Positions 49,185 to 61,400 of a DNA stretch of 64,000 nt are shown piece after piece. The notes under the pieces were generated by a model. The model did not search any database, was not told the origin of the DNA, and saw nothing but the letters and a program-made list of their open reading frames with translations. Both the position numbers and the translations under genes were made by a program. The stretch is taken from NCBI GenBank assembly GCA_965113315.1, contig OZ220368.1. One strand, given 5' to 3'. Numbering within the stretch: the stretch's first letter is position 1; every line of letters begins with the position of its first letter. Source of the DNA: Podarcis vaucheri. Lineage: Eukaryota.

Positions 49185-51775
49185 GTACTGAGGATTTGAT
49201 TCTTCCAGACACTCTCTTGCTTACCTACCTTTTGAGTGCTTCTCTCAACCTGTTAGGAACAGGTTGATCTAAAACGGATCCCAAACCTTTTCCTTGATCT
49301 TTATACTACTATGTGGTATAGTAGAATGCAGAAAAAGGGCAATGGAAAGATAATAAGCCATGAATAGGGTAGGTTAATTGGTGGGAGGGGTTGTGGATAG
49401 TCTTCTGCTGTCAGTTCTTAGCCACATTTAGTAATCTTGCCTTCATAAAACCTACTTCCATAAAATTCTGATTGGAATGAATATTTTTTCATGGAAGTGA
49501 CTTTTTCACAGATGTGACTTCTTTAGGATTAGCATTTATGCCTAGGTATGTGCATACCTTAAATTAGCATTCCAGCTTACTTTTACCAAAATGTTTGACT
49601 TTGTTTATGACGGATCCTTGTGTGTTCACACTCTGCTTCTTTTTCTCTGTACCCCACACTCCCCATTCAGTGGCAGGATATTCTTAGAGTCATGTGAACA
49701 GATTGGCTCATGGCTGTTTGTATGTCCACTTGTAACTGCAAGCATACTTAATCTTGTGGCCAACCCTATTGGAAGGTGCTCCTCTGAGTATGAACCATCC
49801 TCCTTCAGTTGTGTACATACTTTACTGATACTGTTCATGTGTTTTTTTTTTCTATCTCCAGCTTTGCAAGTAAGCCAGTGTAGTGCTGGCATTGTGTAGT
49901 ACTAGCAGGCTTTTGGGGCAGCCCAATGAATCACATCTTACAAACACTGCACTGTCACCTGCCTTGAAAACTGACCAGCCGTAACAATTGTTACCATGTC
50001 ACTGTGGATTCTTTCTGCTCACACAAAGTCCTAAAGGTGATCTTGTATGCTCACAGCAGTGTTACCCTTTGGAGCTGACTCAAATACACACATGGGTGCC
50101 ACATTGTGAAGGTACTCCACATATTTGCTGTCTTTCCTTCAAATCAGGGATTAAGTAGTCCCAAATTAGAAGCACTAGCTACCCTGCTTGGCCAGGTATT
50201 TGGAGGTAACAAAGAGTACATGCCAGAGTTCCCCTTTGGCATACTGTGTGTTTGCCCATGCTCACACAGTTCAGCTCTGTTTTGGTGGTCTTTCTAAATG
50301 TGCTGCTTGTAAAGGAAAATAGGAACACATGCACTACAGGGTTTTTTGTGTCCATTTCTTAGGCATATATGTGCATATAATTTTTATGTAGCATTTGCAT
50401 GTGTTTGTGTATGGATTTAAGTGCTTACAATTTACCTTTCAAAACAAACTTAAGAGGAAACTTTAGTAACCGCAGATACTAAATAAGGCAATGAGCCCAG
50501 ACTCATACGGAGATCGCCTCTCGTCTAAGTTGTAAATTCCAGCGTGAAAGCTGTAAAAAATTGCTGTGTCTGATACTTTAGTAGTGAGCACTGTAAATCC
50601 ATTACCTGAATAACAGCCGTTTCTCATGCAGTTAAGCCACTGTTCCCCTGATCTGAAGGGTAATCATGCATGTCATGCTTCTCAGAGTCACCCCTGCTGA
50701 ATGAAAGAGACACAGTTCTCCCCCTCCTTCAGAGGGGCGTGTGTGGCTGTAGTAAGGCTGTCTTCATGGTGCCTTGGGGCTTGGCACTGCAATTAGTTTA
50801 ACAGTATTGTGGGCTCTAGTAAACAGATGTGTGCTCACTCATTGCCCAGGTAAAGTATTATGCAGTACTCACTGAGTAGCATGAACCTGGTGCTGTTTGG
50901 CCTAAGCCACTGTGGGAACGTGTAAAAGCGATTGCTCCTGATTTAAAGCTATTGCTTTGTCAGGATGTACAATGTGTGTGTGTGTGGGACATTTACAGCT
51001 AAATGCTCAAGTAATTCATCTCCTCTGCCCCCAATGTGTGAGACTGCTATTTTTAAAACAAACAAACAAACAAACAAAAAACCAACCAGACACACAACTT
51101 TTTGTATTGCAGTGGTTTTACTATTGGAGGAGAGAATGGCACATGGACTCTGGACCAAATAAGCCTGTTGGGCCTGTTTTCCTGAAATAATGCCCCGCTG
51201 CCCTACATGTGATGCCATATGTGACATCAGTTGTGATGCAAGGAGAGATGTGGCTAGATAGGTTGCACGACTGAGTTCCCCATGGGGAGCTTGATTGCAC
51301 AGGGCTTGCAAAGCATTATGTGCAGCACTTCACTAGCTCCCAATAGACAGCTGACTATCAGGCATTTGAGCAGTGGTGCACAAAGCACTTTGCAAGCCCT
51401 ACGTTCAGTGCTGAGCATAGGACTGACACAGCCCCTTGTGCTGCAATTCCCAAGTGCTTGATAACCAGCTGGCTGACAGTCACTTGGGATGTTCCGTGCA
51501 AGGGACTAGATAGGTGAGCAGGACAACCCACCTGTCAATCATCTGACATCAACAATGTGGGGGTTATAATACTGTGTGGTTTGGCTTGATGTAATATGTA
51601 TGCCACTGTTTTGCGACTTACCATGTGCCACAGAGGGGCAACTAATACTATGCCTACATCTTTACTGCATTTGCTTGTCCAAAGGCAGATATGATATTCT
51701 GTCTTGCTCTGTGGCAGAACTCTCTTGAAGAGATGGCTGTGGAAAATGCTATACCACAATTGGTCAGCCATGTTG

Positions 51776-51851
51776 AGATTCCTGCATTGCCGGAGGGTTG
51801 GACTAGAAGACCCTTGGGGTCCCTTCCAACAATACAATTCTGTGTTTCTAT
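51776..51851 (+). mobile_element. CR1 3' end / CR1-tailed SINE fragment
   Basis: gattcctgcattg...gggttggactaga...ggtcccttccaac...attctgtgtttcta. Confidence 0.8.
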
Positions 51852-54800
51852 GTGGACTTTTCTGAGATTAACTTGAGGATCTTGCAGGAAACAAGTACCC
51901 CCCCCAAACCTATGGTTCTTTTTGATAAGGCAATACGAATGATCAGCTACTGCTTTTTATGTGCGTGGTTCCATAGGACTTCCTTCAAAAAGCACTCAAG
52001 GGGAGGTAGACATTTGGGAACCTGTTCTCTTCCATTCTAGGTCTAAGGAATGGGACATAAAAGTACTAACTTGAGTCTCTTGTTCTAACTGCAAGGACAT
52101 TTTGTCTACCTTGCCAAACAATGTACAGAATCTCTTGCAACAGACTTAGATGTCCATAGCCATATCTCACTATGTAGAGAAGCTGCCTTGCTTCCAGTAG
52201 AACATGCTTAGGAAGTAAAGGAGAAGGAGGTTGTTTTTAAATTGCAATACCTTGTGGAGATGTGTCATTTTGGTCAGTTTTCCGAGTGCTCCCATATACC
52301 TGCCTTAGGGCAAAATATATTTGCTTATATTTTTATAATTTACACACTCACACAGCATTTAAGCTTTTTCAAGTACCCGAAGGGTCTGACCAAAAATGAC
52401 AAATCCCCACCTGCTGCAATTTAAATGAACTTCCTTGCGCCAGCTCCTTCCTGGGACCTTCTACTGGAGGCGTCACTTTATAGTGGGATGTACCAATAAA
52501 TATAGTAGTAAAGGGGAGCAACTGTACTTCTTGTGCTCTTTTCTTCACCAGAAATGAAAGAGCTTAGGTGTGAAGTAACTAAAAGAAGGTTATTTTTTTT
52601 TGGGGGGGGGGCGGACGGAAGAATCATTATCCCAAGTAACGTTTGCCTTTCTTCCATGCCCCTGCCCACTCACCACTGCATATAATTAACCTGTAGAATT
52701 CACCAGTGTGAGACGGTATTTAAAGGCAAAGGAGACTTCTGAACGCAGATGGCATCTGCAGTGACAGTAGCTCAGATGAGAACCATTGGTGCCATCAATC
52801 TTCATGCTTCAGGGAACAAGCTGAGCAGCAGCTGGGGTCAGTAATAAATGTCCCCATATATAGAGTTTTGCACAATTAGGTGCTTCATGAAGGATTTACA
52901 CCTTCTCCAGTAGCATCCTATATCTGCCCCTGTTTAAAGAGGCTTCTGAGCCATTGGTCTGTTCCTGTCTGACAACTTCTGTCTCTTCCTTGTGCTTCAG
53001 ATCCCAAATGCGCCATCTCTCACTTCTTCTTTAAAAACGAAACAGAAAAACCCCCAAGACTAATTCTCAGGAGGAGGACTAGAAAAATAATAAGTGGACT
53101 GTAAATAAAAGGCTGGGGGGGGGGAGAGATATTGGTGAACATATTACGCAACCAGTTAGTAAAATTCCTGCCACATGAAGAGTTAAGGCCTAGAATGTAA
53201 TAAAACTGGTCATGAAGAACTACTTCTAGAGGGCAAATGGCTAATGCCATCAAATATGGAAAGACAGATTAAAACTTGCTGCTTCAGAATAATAGCTAGT
53301 CTTTGTTAGGGCGATTTTGGACATGTATTTTCTGTGTCAGAAGCCATTTGTATATATGAAGCTCAACACACACACACATCTCCTGCTTTATCCTGTGTTA
53401 CAGGTATTTGTTGAAACTGCTTATATAATACAGTGTGTTTGTATATGTGGTGTTCAGCACTACACATTTCAGAACAGTTGCTTTTGACATGCTAGATGCA
53501 TTTAGTTTGCTCTGGGTGATAGCATTCTCTAATTCACCTGCGTACATGAATCATCTCCCAAAGTTTGAGTATGGACATCCTGGATCTGATCATGTTTGAT
53601 GAACACAGACTAGTAGGTGGACTTTAATAAGTATGTCTAGACAGTGCTTGCTTCTAGGATTTTATATGATTCAGTGCTGTCTGTATAGAAATTCTACAGC
53701 TCCATCCACATGCTTTTTATGGAGTTCATTGTGGGATTAACTGAGCTACTTTTGTTTTTCTGGAGATGTCTGGTGCAAAAATATAATAGCCCTTTTCCAG
53801 AATACTTCTGGATGTGTGCCCCCCCCCCCGGCCTATTTGAAAAAATCTCTCAACCCTTCCCCCCAAGTTGTGTAGTCTCTGGCTTGCACTATGAGCTAGG
53901 TGCCTTCTCAATGCTGCATTCTATTCCTTTGGCAAAGGAGGTAATGATTTTGAATGCTGATTCCCATGCAAGTGTCATTGGGTTACTGCAAAACGACCAA
54001 ACACCTAGAACAACATAAGCCTTTGCTGATTGTGCTCCACATGGAAGGCAGTAGCACATTGGCCATTTTCCTACAGAGAGACAAAGTGATTTGCCCAAAC
54101 AACAATAAGGCTCAGAGTAGGGATTAGAACTATCAGATTCCTGGTTTTGAGGCCTCTGCTTGGTCAACTCAAGGATTTTTTGTTCTCTTAAGGTTGGTAT
54201 ATTTTATAAAGTAGCTGCAACCCAAGACCCTGCTGATGTTGCTTCACTGAAGAGATCTGTTCATGGTACACATACTGTAAGAACACATTTTGAAGATCAC
54301 AGTAGAGGATTTTGTTGTGGTTATTCCAGCTGCTGTGCAGGTATAACATGTTCTCTCCACCTCTTCCCATCAGACAAAGTGCCCAACTCCTGAGCTTTTG
54401 GTAAACAAGGCCTGGAAACGTGAGCTGGGCTGTGGAGTAATGAGGTGACAGAAGGAGAGGGAGATAAACAGAGAGAGTCAGAAGTCAGGCATCTGACAGG
54501 AGTTTAGACTGAAACAAACAGCACTGGCAAGAGAGCGCTCGTCACTTTTGAACAAGACGGAGTGTCTGTTTCCATGCAACGGGCAGAGCTGAAGAGCTTG
54601 TTTAAATAGAGATGAAAGAAACAAGGAGGCTGTGTGACCTGCAGCTGGCGTATGGTCCTGAGGCTAGAAAAAGGGAGGAGGGTGTTAGGAAGAGAGGAGC
54701 TGCTGAACTTGAATTCAGGATGGTTGAAGAAAGAAATCTGGGATGGGCAAGCAGATCCCTTGAGTGCTGCATGCAGATGTGTTGGAAAGTTCAGTGGTTC

Positions 54801-55723
54801 CTGGAGCTATTTCTTTTATGTATCGCAGAAAGGTCGCAATTTATCAGAGGGCAAAGCAGAAGCTCCAGCATATGATTTGGCAACTGGGTATCAAGTCTGA
54901 GCTCTGACAGGCAAACTTGGTTATTGCTAGATGTCTAAAGTAATAACTTATGAAACAAAGATTTGACCTTGTAGATTTGATTTGTTTTGTTATACATGGC
55001 TAACTCCCAAACTTTGACCTGTTACCTAATAGATCATATTGCCCCTGCGGGAACCTTTTTCCATGCAAAGGAAAAAAAAAATCACACATAAAGTGCTACA
55101 GTAACCTAAATGCCCAGTCATGCTTCTATATCCTTTGAAAGTTGGTCAATTAATCAAACCTCCCAGCCCTATGTTCCCAGTGTTTGTGGGTATTGCAGCT
55201 CTTTTGGGTTCCTGTCTTTACCCCCACCTCCAAGTAACCTTTCTCCTGTGGAGCTTGCCCTTTCCAATTTGATACAAGGCAGACTCTGAGAAAACACTAA
55301 ACACTGTGTGCTGCTGTCAGGAAAACAGAACAGCCACGTTATAGTTTCATTTACTTTCCTTCCTTTTTCTCTGTAATGTGTCCGGTCTTTAATTCAGTTG
55401 TGAGCCTGTAACCAGGGACTTAAAAAAAAAAAGTCATTCTGCAGCACCTACTTCTTGTTGTTGTTGTTTTATATAAAAAAACAACAACAACCCAGCAATA
55501 ACAATATTGTCGTATTTCGCTTCTGGCTCTGTAAGCACACTGATACTGTTGCATTGAAATATACATAAGATAGTCAATGATCTTGTATGCATATGTCTTG
55601 GTATAGATGTTGCCACTTGCCTTTGCCAACTGCTCAAAATATCTGTGATAATTCTTCATGCAGAAGCACTAATGCTTTTTAAACAGTCCTTATCGCATTT
55701 GTTGCACAACTTTATGCAGATAA

Positions 55724-55795
55724 TGCATTGCAGGGGGTTGGACTAGATGACCCATGGGATCCCTTCAAACTCTACAATTATATGATTCTGTGACT
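55724..55795 (+). mobile_element. CR1 3' end / CR1-tailed SINE fragment
   Basis: tgcattgcagggggttggactagatgacc...cccttcaaactctacaattatatgattctgtga. Confidence 0.8.
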
Positions 55796-55824
55796 CGCAT
55801 GCAATTTGTACACATGCAATAAGG

Positions 55825-55961
55825 CAAGGATAGTCAATGTATTACTATCCAGATGTTGGACTACAACTCTTACCATCCCTGACCATTGGCCATGTTGGCT
55901 TGGGCTGATGGGACCTGGGAGTCCAAAAACATCTGGAGAGTACCATGTTGGCTGTACTGGC
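55825..55961. mobile_element. Old hAT-type MITE
   Basis: tccagatgttggactacaact ... gagtccaaaaacatctgga dyad. Confidence 0.7.
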
Positions 55962-56467
55962 ATAAAGAAGTGTTGTGTATTATAATGCTTCTGTGTGTAG
56001 TCATACCATAGATAAAGACTTTTCAGATGCCTACAAAAGCAATCTGGTCACCAATGAACTGCTTGTGGAGATGGAAACGGCAGTAGGAAGATCTGAAATC
56101 CTGATAATAAAACTAGCTGTGATGGAGGTGATCAAAGCCATGGTAATTAATTCTCTTAAAATATGCCAGGCTTCATCTGTCCAGCTTCAAGCTTGTTATT
56201 ACCCATAACATTGCTATTTTTTTCTTTTTTCAAATTATGGGTACAAGTCTTCATAGGGCGTGTTTTGGAACAGGTTGCCAGAATAGGAAATATCTATCCA
56301 CATATCCGTAAAACTTTCCTAGTGCAGACAATATGGACATATGTGTTGCGGCTCTGACCTGAACAATGTCTTCTTTTGGGAGATGGAGGTGTGGAGGATT
56401 GTGTTCCATTTGAGCTCTCTGTATGGTCCAGTGAAACAGCGATTTAAGAATCAGTAAAATTATGTTA

Positions 56468-56913
56468 GGGGACACAGGTGGCGCTGTGGGTAAAACCTCA
56501 CTGCCTAGGACTTGGGGTGGCGCTGTGGGTAAAACTTCAGTGCCTAGGACTTGGGGTGGCGCTGTGGGTAAAACCTCAGTGCCTAGGACTTGCTGATCAC
56601 ATGGTTGGCGGTTCGAATCCCCGCAGCGGGGTGAGCTCCCGTCGTTCGGTCCCATCTCCTGTCCACCTACCAGTTCGAAAGCACCCTTAAGTGCAAGTAG
56701 ATAAATAGGTACCGCTTTATAGTGGGAAGGTAACGGCGTTTCCATGTGCTGCACTGGTGCTGGCTCGCCAGCTGCAGCTTCATCACGCTGGCCACGTGAC
56801 CCGGAAGTGTCTTCGGACGGCGCCGGCTCACGGCCTCTTGAGCGAGATGAGCACGCAACCCTAGAGTCGGTCACGACTGGCCCGTACGGGCAGGGGTACC
56901 TTTACCTTTACCT
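56468..56913 (+). mobile_element. Sauria SINE, full length, with triplicated 39-bp 5' head
   Basis: A-box region x3, B-box ggttcgaatcc, body gtgcaagtagataaataggtacc, (accttt)n tail, perfect 13-bp TSD taaaattatgtta (56455-56467, 56914-56926). Confidence 0.95.
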
Positions 56914-57884
56914 TAAAATTATGTTATGGCTATTTCCACACATTTTGAAGGTCTGTGGGTCAAGCGCCCTTGATTCTAGGTAGCCTGGATCTTGAAATGT
57001 GGCTCCAGCAAAATGCTCTGTGGTGCCTTGTTCATTCTGAAATGTGTTCATTTTCAAAGCAGTCTTGGGAGTGTCTATTTATATTCCCACTCATGCTTTA
57101 GCTCAGAAGGGTCTGTATATCTGTAGTCTGAAAGCTGCTTTAGCCTACAGTAAACATGCAGTTGCTGTATTGTAATTTTGCTGCTCTGAACGTGCACTGG
57201 GGGAATGGGGAGAACAACTCCCACCTCCTTGCAAGGAGTAGACTATTAGAAACAACTTCCAGTGAGGCTTCCGCAGACTCTTTCTGAAGAGAGTGGAAAG
57301 AATGGAGGGATCACTTCCCATCTTTCTCTAGCAAATTTGATGGTGTTAGGGGGAAATCCTTAGGTTTCAATGGTGGGGCCCAGCTGAAAAACGTCCTGGG
57401 ATTCAATAGCGCGCGCTTACATTGTGGCAAGGGTCATAGAAGGGGAAAGGTCAGCCAGGGTCATGGGAGGGTTGCCTAGCGTCTGGGAACTCCCACAGTG
57501 GTTGCTGTGGGAACATCAAGAGACCTCCAGTGTGTTAACATCCTGTAACGAGATTCAAAAGAGCTCTAGCCTTTGCACATTAATGAGTTTTTAACTTGGG
57601 CTAAGTCCTCCCCACCAGAACCCCACCTTTCCAAGTTCAGATCCTCTTTAATCCTTGGAAAGAGGGAGCGTTACAGAGACTGGAAAGCAAGAGACCAGGG
57701 CAGTGTGATGAAAAACAACAACCCCTCCAACCTACTTGGTAAGACAGGCTTGAGGAGGGGAAGAAGAATCCTCTGAGCCATACTGCACATTGACTGCTCT
57801 TGACTTCCTGGGGAGCCACTGCTGAGAACATCTGGAGAAGAGATTAACCCTTTGGAGGCCTTATTGCTTTTCTCCCACTTGCGT

Positions 57885-58060
57885 GATTGTATTCACGGTC
57901 TGGTGGCTACAGCAGCAGAGCTCCAGGATCTCAGGCAGAGGTCTTCCCCATTACCTGATACCGAAACCCTAAAAAAAAGGTTGACGAGGCCCAGTATCGC
58001 ATCTGGGAACCTTGCATATGAAAAGATTGTGCTCTACTACTCATTTTACACGCTTTCCCC
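57885..58060 (-). mobile_element. Old tRNA-derived SINE, degenerate
   Basis: gctccaggatctcaggcagaggtcttcccattacctg...gggaacctt...tgtgctctactact; homologous to 40541-40762. Confidence 0.65.
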
Positions 58061-58272
58061 TAACAAAATCCTACAGTTGTTACATTAAAAAGTGTAATCT
58101 GAACCAGTGGTTGCCAACTGGCAGCCCATGGGCTTCATTTATCGCCTTCTTGACCCTTTGCAACCTTCTCCCAAAACAAAGTTGTTTTTTGCATATGGCA
58201 TACTTCTCCATTAATTGTGTATGAGATCTCATCTAGTATTTGTGCTGTCTCATCATTAAAAAAACACCAACC

Positions 58273-58274
58273 TT

Positions 58275-58306
<32 letters not shown>

Positions 58307-58432
58307 TTAAATTATAAACCACCCTATACCCGCAGGTCTCAGGGTGGTTAACAGGATTAAATCAGAATATAAAACCACAAAATCTGTAATCCAAATTCAA
58401 AAAACAACCCAATATAGACCACCAAATTTTAA
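58273..58432 (-). mobile_element. L2-type LINE 3' end with (AAAT)n tail
   Basis: (TTTA)n followed by an aaccaccct...agggtggtt stem-loop. Confidence 0.65.
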
Positions 58433-61400
58433 GATTCATAAGCATTTCCCTTTCCCACAACCACAGCCCTGATCACATGTTTTTAGTGGGGGGGGGGGAA
58501 TAACACAATCAGGCCTGCACATGCTCTAGACTGGCACAGTGATTAGATGCCAGCTAGGGATGGCTGTAAGACCAATTCGGGATCCAGCAGATTTTGGTCT
58601 AGTTCCACCGTACCCCTTGGAATGTCCCATTTTGGGGCTACTCCCTGGCAAGGCTATCACCAGCAGATCTCTTGTCTGTTCAGAGGCCCACTCACCTGGG
58701 GGAGCTGAGCGGAGGGATGCCTCTGCTCAATCTATACCCACACAGCTTGGCATAAGTGGGGGTTGGATTGCTCTGCAAAGCATCAACTTGATTCCCAAAC
58801 AGCAAATATATACTCAACAGTTTTGATACTTCCTTTTATAATTTGAGTAGCTGTTTTTGTGAAGCAATGATACTAATGTTTTTAAAAATTTGCAATGTTT
58901 TACAATCAATGGCATGCCATAACTTTTAACATTCAGATAGTACTCCAAACCACGGGTTGGGAAATAAGAAATTAGCCATGTGCTTGCACATTCTCATCTC
59001 CCTTTACATGCAACTTTATATAGCACATTGCTTCCTGGTTTAATCATGCCGTAGTGTTTCACTACATCCAAAATAGCAAGCAATGGTGTGAAGTGATCCT
59101 GGTTTGCCACTGTGGTTCAGTGGCCTTTCTGGCATGCTGTAGTTTGATTTAACAAGAAAGCAATGTATTTAACTGAGATCTTGAGCGGAGGTAGGAAGAG
59201 GCAGTGTGTGAGCATGTGCCTCATTCCCAGTCCTCCAAACCATGACTTGGGATATTATCTGAAAGCAACCAATGTTAGATAAGATCTCTATTGATGTTAA
59301 TTGTTCACTGAAACAAACCTTCTTTTTTGCTTTTATTTTGGAACGCCAAGGTCAGCCTGAAATTCCACTTTAAAACAAATAGATCAAAATAAAAAATTCA
59401 AGTCAGTTTTTTAAAAAGGAATTGTATACAACACATAGCAGACCAATTATATGTGTATCGTCAACATCATGGCTTCATGGAATATTTGACTGCAGTCAAG
59501 TTGGCAGTCATTTGACAGTATTTCGTACTGGCATGCCAACCCTACATAGGAAAGAGAGAGATGTATTCCAGGAATTGCTAGTAAAAATGAAGTGAGGCAG
59601 TAGCCGAAACGAAGACAAGAAAATACCATCTAAAAATTGTATGAGTGTGATGGGGGTGCAGATATGTCTCTTCTCATTGGTAATCTCACGGGCATCATCC
59701 TGTAAGTGTCCTTGACAGTCCCGCCGCAACCTTACGCACAGCAATTAGAAAGCAATGGAAATACAAGTTGGAAGAGAAGAATCTCATTTAAAGTGCAATG
59801 CTGAAATGAGAATGGAGTGCTTGGTTTCTAGGGCTGGATCTAGAGTGGCTGATGAAAGGTGACTATCAGAAATATAACGGCTGGTGGACAAATGCAACTA
59901 AACGTTGGCCTTTGTATGGCACTTGATGAAAATCTGCTTCTGTTTGAACGAGGAACTTGCTCTTTTCCCACCTCCCAATTCTATATAAAGCCCTATAAAT
60001 CTTCCTCTAAAGTGATTCCAAACAAGCTTTCTATATACCGTAATTCAGTAACTTACAAAAGTAGTAATGGTATTAGTACTAAGATGACGTTATCAGCTTT
60101 GATAACTTGTTTGCAGATTTTACTATATTTTATAGCTTTGGATTTAGTTGTCATGAAAATCTGTTCCTCCACTTTAAAGAATAATGCATAACCATGTTTG
60201 TTAGTTGAATATGCTGCTGAAAGGGGGTCTGAAGACTAAAAAATAAATGTTAAAAGCCTCCCAAGGGAGTGTTTACTATGTTTTCCTTTATCCAAACTCC
60301 AAAATACTGTGTGTATGCAGAAGCATAAGATATTATTGCTTCCAAAATTTAGGACTTGTGCTGATTACAGGGAGTGGAGAATTCTGTAAGTTTTCAAAAA
60401 TGTGGTCACATGGTATTCAAAAACACCTTGGTACTGGTTGGGCATCCTCTTGCTTTAAGCACCCAAGGTAAGCCTGCAGGACAGTTTCTGGAACCATTTC
60501 TTGACATTCATACATTGCATAAATGTTAAACCGTTAAATGAAAACTAGTCTCTAAGATGAAGCAGTTTCATATTTAAGGGAGAGTATGTGACTTGATCGA
60601 GGTCCAGAGGGTGGCAACACTAGAACAGACCTTTTTTTGCAGGTGTGTGTATGTGTGGAGAGAGAGAAATAAATATATTTGTGCAATGCATGATGCTATT
60701 ATTACAATGTTTTAAGATAAAAGCAGATGCCAGAAAACTTAATTAAGCTTCATCTTGCTCTTACTTTTGGCTGATTTCGTGTCACATTCCTCCAGGTGTT
60801 TGTCTCTTGCATTGGGCAATCTTCCTAGAGGCATACTGCCTGCATCCAGGACAGTCCGCTCTGGTACATCAAATCTTCTGCTTTCAAAGAACAAAAGGGG
60901 AGAAATGGGGAGGGGGGGGGGTTGAAAATGTTCATGAAATTATTCCTGTGCATTGATCTGAGGAGAGATTAGCCTTACTCACCTGGAAAACCCTTACATT
61001 TCCATAGTATAGCAGAAAGTTGCTTTGTCTCTAAAGACACTTTTTCCCAAAGCAAAGAAATAAAATAAATATAATTGGTTGTAAAGTATTTGCATTGGAG
61101 TGGTTTTGAGGAAAGCAGTATTGTTAGTGCTACTGGCCAGTAAGTATTCTTGCACAACCAAACCTCTAATTGCCATAACTATCACATTAAGGAAAAGCTG
61201 GAGCAAAACTGCATTTTTCAGTGACAAAATCCCTGCATTTTAAAGGGCAGGAAAATGCAATTTCCTTAGAAGTGCTTCTTTGAGGGAAAGATGTCTAGGT
61301 TCATTGTACAATTTGAGAAGCAGCTGCTCATCTATCATGTGGGGAAAAGTATTACCCGATATGACCACAACTCTTAAGTCTGGCCACTATTTTGGTCAGC

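Noticed and set aside
49861-49899. ALQV peptide resembling the start of the next FOXP4 exon
   Set aside because: It continues SQCSAGIV* rather than ARQFLLQQ, and the acceptor AG overlaps the Ala codon, giving the wrong phase.
49591-49899. 102-aa ORF with CVHTLL occurring twice with only synonymous differences
   Set aside because: Curious, but only 6 codons, within T-rich intronic sequence with no other coding signal; most likely chance.
56251-56874. 207-aa ORF with a 13-aa repeat (QVLGTEVLPTAPP x3)
   Set aside because: Antisense reading of the Sauria SINE and its 39-bp triplication.
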